A DNA stretch of 64,000 bases, from contig JBFLYH010000003.1 of assembly GCA_040756875.1 (NCBI GenBank), positions 256,001-320,000 on the forward strand. The letters are read 5' to 3'. The notes under the pieces were generated by a model. That model had not been told where the DNA came from and made no database searches. It saw only the letters and a program-made list of their open reading frames with translations. The position numbers and the translations under genes were made by a program. This DNA comes from a candidate division FCPU426 bacterium. GTDB taxonomy: Bacteria > Oederibacteriota > JAAXVQ01 > JAUVAV01. Positions 27,954 to 37,503 of the stretch are shown here, piece by piece. Within the stretch, counting starts at the first letter, position 1. Each line of letters starts with the position of its first letter.

Positions 27954-28208
27954 GAACCGACCTCCGCTGTTTGGTTGCTCATGATTTTTATCTGGACTGA
28001 ACGCAAAACCCAAGTAGTATATATCAACGGCCGGGAATGGGCCATTTCTTTCTACGCCGGGCCGTTGCAGGCGCCTTGCCGTCGTTCCGTATTAAGGAAG
28101 ATTCAAAACGTCCGAAACTAAGCATAAGTGCCGGTTGGTGGATGGGTCCCTGCCAACCTCGGCCCGCCGGTCACTTTTTTCCCATTGGCTTATTGCCGGA
28201 GTGCCACA

Positions 28209-29600
28209 ATGACGCAATCGCTCGATTTTGCCGGCCTTTTTTCCTCCCAAGGCATCGTAATTAATTCGATGCAAATCCTGGACATTCTCCCTGACGGCAT
28301 TACCATCCAGGACAGGAATTTCACGGTGGTGTATCAAAACCACGCCATGTTGGCCGCCTTCGGCAGCCAGGTTGGAAACAAATGCTATGCGGCTTATGAA
28401 AAACGCGATGCCATCTGCGAAGGATGCGGCGTGGCCAAAGCCTTTCAATCCGGCCAGCCGGTTCTCGTGCTCAGAACCGCCATTCAGGCTGACGGGCGGA
28501 CGTCTTATTGGGAAAATTCCTGCTTCCCGATTTTTGACGACTGGGGGGAAATCATCGCAGGCGCGGAAGTCTGCCGGAACATCAGCGACCGCGTCGGCTT
28601 GGAGGACGAGGTCAAACAGCGCAATATCGAGCTGGGGCAGCTGAATACCCGCCTGCATCAGCAGACCGTGCAGCTGACCGAAACCCTGCAGCGTCTGGAA
28701 AACGAAGTTCGGCAGCGGGAGCAGACGGAAGTCAACCTCCGGCACGCGCAGAAATTGCAGGCGGTTGGCCAGCTGGCCGCCGGAATCGCCCACGAAATCA
28801 ATACGCCGACACAGTTCGTCGGCGACAACCTCCGCTTCCTTATGGATAGTTTCAACGGCATTCTGCGTCTGCTGGCCGAGTACCGCCGGGCGCTCGCCGA
28901 AGTGCCTGCCTCGCTCGAAAAAGAATCGTTCGTCCGGCAATTGCAGGCCACCGAGTCGGAAACCGATCTCCCCTATTTGCAGGAGAACGTCCCCTCCGCG
29001 CTGTCCCAGGCCGTGGACGGGATCTCCCGCATTACGAGCATCGTGCGGGCCATGAAGGATTTCGCCCATCCGGACCGCCGGGACAAAAGCCCGGCGGATT
29101 TAAACCGGGCCCTCCGCTCCACTCTGACCATCGCCCGCAACGAATACAAGTACGTGGCGGATATCGAGACCGACTTTGGGGATCTCCCTTCCGTGGTCTG
29201 CCATTTCGGGGACATGAACCAGGTCTTTTTGAACCTTCTCGTCAACGCCGCCCATGCCATCGGGGACGTCGTGGGCAAATCCGGCAGCGGCGGCCGCGGC
29301 CTCATCGGGGTGCGGACGCGGCGCGAAGGGGAATTCGTGCGTATCGACATTTCGGACACGGGTTGCGGAATTCCCGAAGACGCCCGCGAGCGCATCTTCG
29401 AGCCGTTTTTCACCACCAAGGAAGTCGGCCGAGGCAGCGGGCAGGGCCTGGCCATCGCCCGTTCCATCGTCGAGGTCATGCACGGCGGCACCCTGACCTT
29501 TGAAAGCCAGATCGGCAAAGGCACGACTTTCACCATCCGGCTTCCCATCTGCGGCCAGCTTGAGGACTCTTCCGAACCGGGCAAACCGCCGGTCTCATAG
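28209..29600 (+). CDS. Cytoplasmic PAS-domain sensor histidine kinase
   Basis: Cys-containing PAS domain, H-box AGIAHEINTP, N-box NLLVNA, DTGCG, FEPFFTTK, GSGQGL. No TM segments. Confidence 0.92.
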   Translation: MTQSLDFAGLFSSQGIVINSMQILDILPDGITIQDRNFTVVYQNHAMLAAFGSQVGNKCYAAYEKRDAICEGCGVAKAFQSGQPVLVLRTAIQADGRTSYWENSCFPIFDDWGEIIAGAEVCRNISDRVGLEDEVKQRNIELGQLNTRLHQQTVQLTETLQRLENEVRQREQTEVNLRHAQKLQAVGQLAAGIAHEINTPTQFVGDNLRFLMDSFNGILRLLAEYRRALAEVPASLEKESFVRQLQATESETDLPYLQENVPSALSQAVDGISRITSIVRAMKDFAHPDRRDKSPADLNRALRSTLTIARNEYKYVADIETDFGDLPSVVCHFGDMNQVFLNLLVNAAHAIGDVVGKSGSGGRGLIGVRTRREGEFVRIDISDTGCGIPEDARERIFEPFFTTKEVGRGSGQGLAIARSIVEVMHGGTLTFESQIGKGTTFTIRLPICGQLEDSSEPGKPPVS

Positions 29601-29850
29601 TACGGTGCTTTTTCGCCGGTTTTCAGCGCCGGATTGAAATTCGGCTATTTGCAGGCATATCTCTTGGTTGATAATCAAGCACGGGTCTTCCCCGTTAACC
29701 CGGTATGGTTCCCCTACCGCGCCACCGCCACCTTGGCCTTGCCGATTTCCTTGCCGTCCTGCGTCGCGCGCACGATATACACACCCGGCGCCGCGGCACC
29801 GCAATTCCAGACCAGCAAAGTGGGTTCTTCCATCCTGGCTGCGGGTGCGC

Positions 29851-30900
29851 TCAGGCCCGCCACTCTGTTTTCTGCATACTCACCACGCAATTCATCAGGT
29901 AGCGTTTGCTGTCCGCGACCTTCCAGCCGGACTGTCCGGCCAAGTGTTCGAACTCATCCAATTCGCGCGGAATGGTTTGCAGCCCGCTCATTGTGTTGAA
30001 TGCCTGCCCTGGCCTGAACTTGGGCGTCAGGGTCCCGACGAGCACGGTCTCCGGAGGCGTCAACGCGTGTAATGCTTTTAAGTTCCCTGCGATTTCCGCA
30101 TCCGTTCCGTAGTTGAATAACCCGCCCTCGGAAGAGACCCCGACCACCGCCCTCCCCATGTCGATGCCATTCAGGCAACCGGGCAATTTTTCCGGCTGCG
30201 ACCAATTGTACGGGATGTATTCCATTTCGATTTTCAACCCTGCCAGCGGCGCTCCGGGCGCCAGCAAAGCCTCCAAGGCCCGGCCGCCGAACAACGGCCC
30301 GGCGCTTTCCAAATCCAAAACGTGGATTATTATCCGCCGATTGGCAATCCGTTCGTATTGATCCCTGCGCAGCAGGAGCAAGGCATTCAGGTCATCTAGG
30401 CACGGCCCGCCGGCGATATTGACAAAATGCAGGTCGCGTTTGGGCTGGGCGGCCAGCCAGGGCGCAATCCCGTCCGCCAGCAACCGGGCTGTGTCCTGCA
30501 GCCGCAGCCTGGCTGAAAAGGCCGGCAAGGAGGCGGCAATGGCCCGGTCAATCTTACCGGCATACCTCTGCCCCAGATTGTCAGGGCCCAGTTTCATCAA
30601 ATACGTGGTCATGCTGCTTAAAAAACCGCCGGAGGCTCCCAACAATCCGCGCATTAAAACGGATTTTCCCGACATAAACCACAGCATGGTCTTGCGCACG
30701 AGGGCAGGCAGGCGGTTGTGTTTCTCCTGGTCTGCCTCGGCTTTTTTTGCCATCGCGTTTGCTTCCTCCGCGCCAGGCTCAGCCAGCGCAAACGCCGGAT
30801 GCGTGATGTCGATCACCGGCAGTTCCACACCCTCCTCGGTGAAGGCGTAAAAAACCCCGGGCTTTTTGGCTTTTTCAGGTATCTTGGGCAACACGGCCAC
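29851..30900 (-). CDS. Hypothetical protein, possible SAM-dependent methyltransferase fold
   Basis: GGAGG RBS; FVNIAGGP motif-I-like sequence, VLDLE, SEGGLFNYG. Confidence 0.55.
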   Translation of the reverse strand: MAVLPKIPEKAKKPGVFYAFTEEGVELPVIDITHPAFALAEPGAEEANAMAKKAEADQEKHNRLPALVRKTMLWFMSGKSVLMRGLLGASGGFLSSMTTYLMKLGPDNLGQRYAGKIDRAIAASLPAFSARLRLQDTARLLADGIAPWLAAQPKRDLHFVNIAGGPCLDDLNALLLLRRDQYERIANRRIIIHVLDLESAGPLFGGRALEALLAPGAPLAGLKIEMEYIPYNWSQPEKLPGCLNGIDMGRAVVGVSSEGGLFNYGTDAEIAGNLKALHALTPPETVLVGTLTPKFRPGQAFNTMSGLQTIPRELDEFEHLAGQSGWKVADSKRYLMNCVVSMQKTEWRA

Positions 30901-31012
30901 TCTCCTCCCGCAAGAGGCGTTTAAAAAGAGGAGGTTCTATATCATTAAACGGGCACGGGGTCAATCGTTTTGCTCGTTTGCCGGGCGGGCCGGCCGTCTG
31001 CCTGTGTGATGG

Positions 31013-31807
31013 TCACTTCGAGGATGCGGCCATGCGTTCCATCGCGGCCAGGAGTTGGATGATCTTTAGCGCACGTTGTTTATGCTCTTCCAGCAGCGTC
31101 AGCCACCGGTCAGTGACATAGACAATGGGCGCGTCCGGAGCAGGCGTGTTGAGGATGGCAGCCAGGGATTTTTTGGAGACATGGCGGATGGTTCCCCGGT
31201 CATATTGATTAAACATATTGAGGATGGCAGCCAGGCTGTACCCTGCTTGGGAAAGCGCCTTCACGATGGTAATCCGCGACAAATCGCGCCGCGAATACTC
31301 GCGATAGCCTAAATGATTCCGTTTGATCGCGAGCAGGTTGTTCCTCTCCCAATGCCGCAGGCTGTCCACCGTGACGTCGGAGATCCGGGCTGCCTGAATC
31401 CGCGAAAATATGATTGGGTGCCCGGATAAACGCCTGGACATCCGCGCCCACTGTTCCAAGTCTCCCAGGACCGCGCGGGCTTTTTTCGTTTCCCGCCGCA
31501 CGGTCGCTTGATACTGCCGGGCGAGTTGCAGCGCCTGTTGATAGCGGCGCCGGGCTGCCAGCCGTACCAGCCGTTGCACCCCCGCCCCGCCGCCCGGATA
31601 AGGGCCCGGCAGCGCTGTCCGCGCCAGGATCATCTGGCGAAGGTGTTTGCCTGTATACCGGCGATATCCGTTCTGCGCGCGGGAAACGGGCTGCAAGTAG
31701 CCCCACGCCTCGTACAGCCGGACCGTGTTGGGATGGCAATTCACGCGGCGGGCGATATCCAGCGTGGTCCAAGTCTGTTTATTGCCGCTTTTATCCTTAG
31801 GGAGCAC
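31013..31807 (-). CDS. MerR family regulator with two HTH domains
   Basis: HPNTVRLYEAWG...NGYRRY and VDSLRHWERNNLL...GYREY. Confidence 0.85.
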   Translation of the reverse strand: MLPKDKSGNKQTWTTLDIARRVNCHPNTVRLYEAWGYLQPVSRAQNGYRRYTGKHLRQMILARTALPGPYPGGGAGVQRLVRLAARRRYQQALQLARQYQATVRRETKKARAVLGDLEQWARMSRRLSGHPIIFSRIQAARISDVTVDSLRHWERNNLLAIKRNHLGYREYSRRDLSRITIVKALSQAGYSLAAILNMFNQYDRGTIRHVSKKSLAAILNTPAPDAPIVYVTDRWLTLLEEHKQRALKIIQLLAAMERMAASSK

Positions 31808-31892
31808 TCGCTAACCCTCCAGTATTACACCACACCGCCACTTTCCGCTAAACTTGGGTCATAAGTCAATTCTAATCTCCCCGGGAGGGCGT

Positions 31893-32768
31893 ATGAAAAA
31901 GATTATAGTGAGTATCTCCGTAATGCTGTTGTGGATCACTGCCTGTACCCATACAGGTCTCCGATCGAATCACGTTGCATTTGGTGATCATAATATCCAT
32001 TACCTGACTTGCGGAAATTCCGATAAAACCCTGGTCTTCATCCACGGCTGGACCTCGAATGCCCTGGTATGGAAATACCAATTAGAGGCATTTCCCGGAT
32101 ATAAGGTGATTGCCATTGACCTTCCTGGCAATGGGAAAAGCTCCAAAAATATGAAAGCCGAATACACCATGGAATTGTTTGCAGATGGGGTTGCTCGGGT
32201 TTTAAAAACGGAAAAGATCAATCAAGCGTTCTTTTTAGGCCACAGCATGGGTTTTGCCGTTGCGGAAGTCATCGCGGTACGGTACCCGGACCTGTGCGCC
32301 GGCCTGGCCAGCATTGACGGCGCGCATTTCGTGGTGCCGGACGATCCCAAAGCGCGGGAGGAGTGGCTGCAATTCAACCAGCAGATGGCGGATGGCATGG
32401 TCGCGGAACAGGGGCGCGAAGAATTCTTGAACATGCTGCTCCTGCCGGACACCCCGGCTCTGCTGAAGGCGGAGATGCTGGCAGGCAGCCGCGAGGTTCC
32501 CCTGACCATCGGGAAATCTATGATTGAGGGCGTGGGAAAAGACGTTAAATACTGGAACCAGCAGGTTGCGAACCTCCCCTGCTTGGCCATCTATGGCCCT
32601 GTCTACCAACTCACCCCGAAAGACAAACAGGATTTTATGGACCAATACCCACGGGCAGAGTACCACGAGCTCCAGGGGGTAAGCCACTTTTTCATGCTGG
32701 AAAGGCCTTACCAGATCAACCAGATTATAACGGACTATTTAAACCAACACTATCCGACTGTTCGGTAA
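31893..32768 (+). CDS. Alpha/beta hydrolase, probable lipoprotein
   Basis: ITAC lipobox, FIHGW, IDLPGNG, GHSMG, SHFFMLE. Confidence 0.88.
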   Translation: MKKIIVSISVMLLWITACTHTGLRSNHVAFGDHNIHYLTCGNSDKTLVFIHGWTSNALVWKYQLEAFPGYKVIAIDLPGNGKSSKNMKAEYTMELFADGVARVLKTEKINQAFFLGHSMGFAVAEVIAVRYPDLCAGLASIDGAHFVVPDDPKAREEWLQFNQQMADGMVAEQGREEFLNMLLLPDTPALLKAEMLAGSREVPLTIGKSMIEGVGKDVKYWNQQVANLPCLAIYGPVYQLTPKDKQDFMDQYPRAEYHELQGVSHFFMLERPYQINQIITDYLNQHYPTVR

Positions 32769-32844
32769 TGTCCTGAATCTGCGCCTGAAGACCATGGCTA
32801 TTGGTAGCCCAAAGATCTCGCGTCGTCGGTTGTTCTGCTGCTCC

Positions 32845-32893
32845 ACCAGCAATAAAAAAGCCGCCATTTACTGGCGGCTTTTTTATTGCTGGT
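32845..32893. terminator. Perfect 22-bp hairpin (bidirectional terminator) overlapping the att-like site
   Basis: ACCAGCAATAAAAAAGCCGCCA-tttac-TGGCGGCTTTTTTATTGCTGGT. Confidence 0.8.
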
Positions 32894-33144
32894 AGCCCCT
32901 CAGATACTTGCTTTGAAACAGATAGTACAAGAAATGAGGAAAATCTATGATTTAAGGCAATTATGCCCGATTCAACAATATGCTTAAAATGGCAAATAAA
33001 TCATTTCCTTGTATTAACTCCCCTTATGTATTTAAACATGGTGATGTACTTGAGAGGAGAGAAGATTTTAGGGATTTAGAGAGAGAAAGACCCCATGATC
33101 CCAGAGGGAGAGCGGTGGGGCGATTGTCATTATTTTTAATATTT

Positions 33145-33621
33145 TCAATTGTTCAATTTATTTGCCATGTTTATTCTGAGGGTTTTTTTAGTTTGTACCC
33201 AGCCGCACAAATACTTTACAAGTATTAACGTTATTTTTGAGAAAAAATCAATCGCCTCGACATAAAACTGCTCAGGAATATCATTATCTACTGGACTAAT
33301 CTTCATTTCTATCATATTTACTTCTTTACCAGGTTTAATTGCATTAAAAATGTGCTTTTCTGAAAGATGAACATATCCCGAAGTATTATCATAAACTTTC
33401 TTTATCCACGGATATTCCTTTGACAATTGCTTTACCAAATAACTATCTATCATTTTATTTCCATGCCTATCTTTTAGTTTACATATATATTCTCCATTAA
33501 ATACAGCATCAGCAAACTCGTGTGGTTTTTTCACCATCCAAGCAGCAGAATATCTAAGAACGTTGTCCAATTGCATACGAACCAACGGGGCAGCAGCAAT
33601 TGCACCGTAAAAAGTGCCGTG
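33145..33621 (-). pseudogene. 5'-truncated hypothetical gene
   Basis: AAAPLVRMQLDN...YDNTSGYVHLS looks like the middle and C-terminus of a longer protein. An in-frame TAG lies just upstream with no ATG or RBS. Confidence 0.5.
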
Positions 33622-33824
33622 CTAAAGAGCTCCCAACTTGAAAGCCCTTACACCGCTCCTCATTAACAAAAGTAGCATTACAGTTCCTTCATGAATACTT
33701 GATCTGCGAGCCTATCAATATTGTTTAATATTTTTTCTTTCAATTTCGGAAAATCGGGCAGCACTGTGCTTATCTCCATTTTAGATTTATTATAATTTAA
33801 AATACCATCGTCAATTTACCAGAA

Positions 33825-34328
33825 TTACCACATCATATTTTTTCGCCAGTCTTTATCATCCACTGACATCTTTCGGAAATATTCGTCAAACAATCTATAT
33901 GTCGGATGATTATTCAATTGAGGATTTAATTGACTTTCTAATGGTTTTATAACCTCTATTAAAAATGATATTTGATCTTTCGATACTATTTTCATCACAT
34001 CTTTTTCATTTAAAATATTCATATTGATTAATCTCGCGATTAAATGGAAATGATGTGCAATTTTGCGTCTTGCTTTGTGAATTTTATTTCCAACTTCCGA
34101 TTCATTATCCATTTCTTTTTTATAGACTTCAGAAAAATTATTCCCTTCTGCACTGCTTTTTTTCTCAAACTCCCGTATTTCTAACATGGCATTTAAAAAA
34201 TCATCCGAAGCATATTCCGTTAACAAACTCACTACCAACGGAGCAACTATAGAACGCCGAGCAATAATTAGTGATATAACAGAAATAATCACTGCACCTA
34301 TTGATACTAATATCGCAATCGCATCCAT
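33825..34328 (-). CDS. Hypothetical protein with N-terminal TM anchor
   Basis: AT-rich ORF; MDAIAILVSIGAVIISVISLIIARRS followed by a helical domain. Confidence 0.65.
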   Translation of the reverse strand: MDAIAILVSIGAVIISVISLIIARRSIVAPLVVSLLTEYASDDFLNAMLEIREFEKKSSAEGNNFSEVYKKEMDNESEVGNKIHKARRKIAHHFHLIARLINMNILNEKDVMKIVSKDQISFLIEVIKPLESQLNPQLNNHPTYRLFDEYFRKMSVDDKDWRKNMMW

Positions 34329-34600
34329 AATAATTTCCTTATTAATTATTTGTATTTCAATCCTTTTAAAGTAAATCCAATTATTCTTTAACTCGAATAT
34401 GGCAAGTATATGGCTGCGATTCTCATTCAGGACGTTGTTCGAATGTCCAAATGTCATTCCCATAAATTTAATAGCAACCTCATTTTATGTCTGCACATAT
34501 TTATAGGCAAGAGCAAAAAGACATTTTGCTTGTCTGGATAATTCGGATTAGAAATCTTGGGATACCAAAGAAGGGCCTTGGCCGGAGTTAGATTGTTGAC

Positions 34601-34822
34601 TTATATTTTGTTCTCTTCCTCATGATTCCTCTTGGTCATCCCTTTTACCAGTCCATAGATCATCTTTATTACGACATCTATTTCCATTTTCAACACTTCG
34701 TGATCCTCTGCTCGGATGAGGTTCTTCCTTTTACATATTTCAAGGATCGGCACACATTCCTGGGCCGAGCCGCGAGCGATATAAAAGAACTGTTTGCGGT
34801 CATTGGCGTGCCAACGTTCCAA
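34601..34822 (-). pseudogene. C-terminal half of a four-helix-bundle (23S rRNA IVP-like) gene
   Basis: RWHANDRKQFFYIARGSAQECVPILE matches the adjacent gene but lacks the N-terminal half. Confidence 0.7.
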
Positions 34823-34836
34823 TCTAAAGATCCGCC

Positions 34837-35195
34837 TTATTTTCTTTCCGGCATTCCTTTGATCAACCCGCTTATCATTTTGCTGATCTCCTCAAGCTCC
34901 AGCTTGAAAACAACTTGTTGGTCGGCCGAAATCAGTTTTTCCGTTTGCAGAGCTCTATGATTGGCACACATTCCTGCGCTGAACCACGAGCTATATAGAA
35001 GAATTGCTTCCGATCTTTTTCATGCCACCGACCATTGCCCTCTGCCAGATTAGTGGATATAGAGAGGACCGCCCGATTTAATTGATCAGTTAAATAGTAG
35101 TTTCCCCTGGCAATCGCTTCCGTTGCATTGGTAATAGTTTCCGCCAGGTTTATAGCCTTTTGATAAACATTGAGCTGTTCAAACATAAATGACAT
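34837..35195 (-). pseudogene. Four-helix-bundle protein gene, frameshifted
   Basis: MSFMFEQLNVYQKA...DQLNRAVLSISTNLAEG...ARGSAQEC. The frame stops at 34932; adding one base to the A5 run restores LISADQQVVFKLELEEISKMISGLIKGMPERK. Confidence 0.75.
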
Positions 35196-35288
35196 GCTAA
35201 AAACCTCCTGATTGATAGTTTGGGCTTTAATTGGATTAGACAAGGCATGTGGACAAAACTTGCGGAAAATCACGAATAAATCGAACAG

Positions 35289-35359
35289 TTGATCAGTTGA
35301 GCAGTTGACCGCAGGCTCGCTTTAATCTACTGTTCGACTGTTCAACTGCTCGCCTGCTC
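35289..35359. repeat. 71-bp direct repeat A (3' side of tRNA-Glu)
   Basis: 67/71 identical to 35579-35649; made of 8-bp periodic units. Confidence 0.85.
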
Positions 35360-35360
35360 T

Positions 35361-35407
35361 GTTTTAAAAGAAAAAGCCGCCCGAAGGGCGGCTTTTTCTT
35401 TTAAAAC
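35361..35407 (-). terminator. tRNA-Glu intrinsic terminator
   Basis: GTTTTAAAAGAAAAAGCCGCCC-gaa-GGGCGGCTTTTTCTTTTAAAAC, perfect 22-bp arms. Confidence 0.85.
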
Positions 35408-35483
35408 TGGTAGCGCTACGGGGATTTGAACCCCGGTCTGATGGCTGAGAACCACCCGTCCTAGGCCCCTAGACGATAGCGCC
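35408..35483 (-). tRNA. tRNA-Glu (CTC)
   Basis: GGCGCTATCGTCTAGGGGCCTAGGACGGGTGG-TTCTCAG-CCATCAGACCGGGG-TTCAAAT-CCCCGTAGCGCTACCA, 76 nt, folds as a cloverleaf. Confidence 0.95.
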
Positions 35484-35578
35484 GTTCGCGCAGCGAACAG
35501 CTCGACTGATCCGCTGTTCAACTGCTCAGGTTGCCACAGAACACAACAAACCGTTCCGCTGCCAGACTCTTGCACCTT

Positions 35579-35649
35579 TTGATCAGTTGAACAGTTGACC
35601 GCAGGCTCGCTTTATTCTACTGTTCGACTGTTTAGCTGCTCGCCTGCTC
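35579..35649. repeat. 71-bp direct repeat B (5' side of tRNA-Glu)
   Basis: 67/71 identical to 35289-35359. Confidence 0.85.
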
Positions 35650-35705
35650 CGCGATTTCGCCCGGGCGAAATCGCAAGCCTGCAAAATATATCACCGGCCC
35701 GGCGT

Positions 35706-37481
35706 TTAATCAACCGCTTTTTCGTCGGACATCAAAAGCGGATGGTCCCACATGGACCAGCAGAAATTGTTGCTCTGTCCTTTGGTGGTCGTGATGAAGG
35801 TGATTTTCTTGCGCCCGGGTTTGAACTGGGGCAGGTCGAGCCGGACATTCACCCAGCGCCGGTCCTCGGCATTGTTTTTCGGATCCAGGTATTGCGAAAA
35901 AACCAGGTGTTCCCCGGTCTCATCCTGGACCGTGATTTCGAAATGCACGCCGGTCCCCTTTTCAGGCGACCACACCTCGGGCGAGATCCCCAAGGCGAAT
36001 TTCAACCAGGCTTGGGCCGGCAAATCGACCTCATACTGGATGCTGGATTCCGGATGGGCGAAAATAACGATTCGTTCGTGGTAAGTGATATTGGCGAACG
36101 TAGTGGCGACGTATTGGTCCCCTCCGGCCTTGACCAAGGCGCCGGGCAATTCGCGTAAAAAATCGAACCGGCTGCCCCGGCCCTCTTTGGTCAGTTTGAT
36201 CTGGAAGGCGTCGTCGCGGAACCGCGCGACCTTGGCCGGCATTGCCTCCCGTATTTCTTCGGGCAAGGCCAGGGACGTGGCTTCGAAAAAACTGTTGTTT
36301 TGCTGCTCGGTCAGATACCCCATCTTTTTGGCCTGTTCGTACAAGGCGGTGTGCGGATAGGGGTAAAAGATCGAGAGCTGGGAGTGATTGGGCTTGATCT
36401 GCCGGTGAATTTCCAGGGTTTCGTCCATTTCCGCGAGCGTCTCTCCGGGGAAACCGAGTATGAAATAGGCCTTGGTTTTGAACCCCAACTCGTCGATCAG
36501 GCGGTAGGTGTCCAGGATTTTCTTATTCGACATCCGCCGGTTCAGGACCTGATAGCGCACTCTTTCGCTGCCGGATTCGATGCCCGCCACCAGCAGGGTG
36601 CAGCCGGTCTCCCGCAGCATTTTAAGGATCGCGGGCGTGACAGTGTCCAGGCGGATATTGCACCAGAAAGGCAGGCGGACTTTTTCCCGGTACAATCCGC
36701 AAAATTTCTTCAGCCAGCCGTGGTCGTAGGTCAGGGTGTCGTCGTAGATGTTGATCCAATCGATATCATACCGGGCTTTCATATCCAACAATTCCTCGAT
36801 GGCCCGCTCGGGCGAACGCATGCGCACGTATTTGCCCAACCCTTTGAAGACCTGTTTCTGCAAGGTGTGGTTTACGCAGTAAGTGCACAAGAAGGGGCAG
36901 CCGCGCCCCACCATCAATATATTGGCGTCCATCGAATTTTTTTTATAAATGATGGGAAAATCAAACAAATCCCGGTCCATCAGCGGTAGGCTGTCCAGGT
37001 CCTGAATCAGCGGGCGCAGGGGATTTCGGATGATTTCACCGGCCGGGGTTTTGATCCACAAATTGCGGATGTCGGCGTATGGCCTGCCGGCTTGGAGCCG
37101 CTCCAGGAGTTCCAACATGGCGTGCTCGCCTTCGCCTACGCACAGCAGACTGATCTCCGGACAGGCCAGCGCCTCTTCGGCCGCGACCGTAATATGAACC
37201 CCCCCGTGGATGACCGGCAGCTGCGGAAAACGTTCCCGGATCAGGCGGGTGTAGTGCCGGCTTTGGTTCCATTGGTTGCTGACCACGGAGAACCCCACGA
37301 TATCCGGCGCTTCGGCTTCGACGCGGCCGAGAAAATCCTGCGCTTCCATGGGTTTCTGGACAAAAATCAAGCGGGTGGTGTGCCCCGCCTGCTTCAACAC
37401 CGCTGAAATGCTGGCTACGCCGGGCACGAAATGCGGCCCATTGCCGGTATTAATGTTGCAGTGAACGAACAACACTTTCAT
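35706..37481 (-). CDS. B12-binding radical SAM enzyme with extra C-terminal beta-sandwich-like domain
   Basis: N-terminal B12-binding domain (DIVGFS, GGVHIT, GEGE), GRGCPFLCTYC, GIESGS, ILGFPGET; C-terminal FAHP...WVNVRLDL domain. Confidence 0.88.
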   Translation of the reverse strand: MKVLFVHCNINTGNGPHFVPGVASISAVLKQAGHTTRLIFVQKPMEAQDFLGRVEAEAPDIVGFSVVSNQWNQSRHYTRLIRERFPQLPVIHGGVHITVAAEEALACPEISLLCVGEGEHAMLELLERLQAGRPYADIRNLWIKTPAGEIIRNPLRPLIQDLDSLPLMDRDLFDFPIIYKKNSMDANILMVGRGCPFLCTYCVNHTLQKQVFKGLGKYVRMRSPERAIEELLDMKARYDIDWINIYDDTLTYDHGWLKKFCGLYREKVRLPFWCNIRLDTVTPAILKMLRETGCTLLVAGIESGSERVRYQVLNRRMSNKKILDTYRLIDELGFKTKAYFILGFPGETLAEMDETLEIHRQIKPNHSQLSIFYPYPHTALYEQAKKMGYLTEQQNNSFFEATSLALPEEIREAMPAKVARFRDDAFQIKLTKEGRGSRFDFLRELPGALVKAGGDQYVATTFANITYHERIVIFAHPESSIQYEVDLPAQAWLKFALGISPEVWSPEKGTGVHFEITVQDETGEHLVFSQYLDPKNNAEDRRWVNVRLDLPQFKPGRKKITFITTTKGQSNNFCWSMWDHPLLMSDEKAVD

Positions 37482-37503
37482 GGTTTCACCTGACAGCCCG
37501 AGG

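Larger units (their letters stand above)
32889..35414. mobile_element. Decayed tRNA-Glu-associated islet (no integrase remaining)
   Basis: Abrupt AT-rich segment with gene fragments. CTGGTAGC occurs at both ends, matching the tRNA-Glu 3' end. Confidence 0.5.

Noticed and set aside
34601..35195. Diversity-generating retroelement (Avd-like gene plus TR/VR pair)
   Set aside because: Differences between the copies are mostly synonymous and not adenine-specific, and no reverse transcriptase is in the window.
35558..35570. att duplication of the tRNA-Gln 3' end (GCTGCC)
   Set aside because: Only about 6 bp match, which is expected by chance.
35281..35649. CRISPR array
   Set aside because: Only two 71-bp repeats around a tRNA; no repeat-spacer periodicity and no cas genes.
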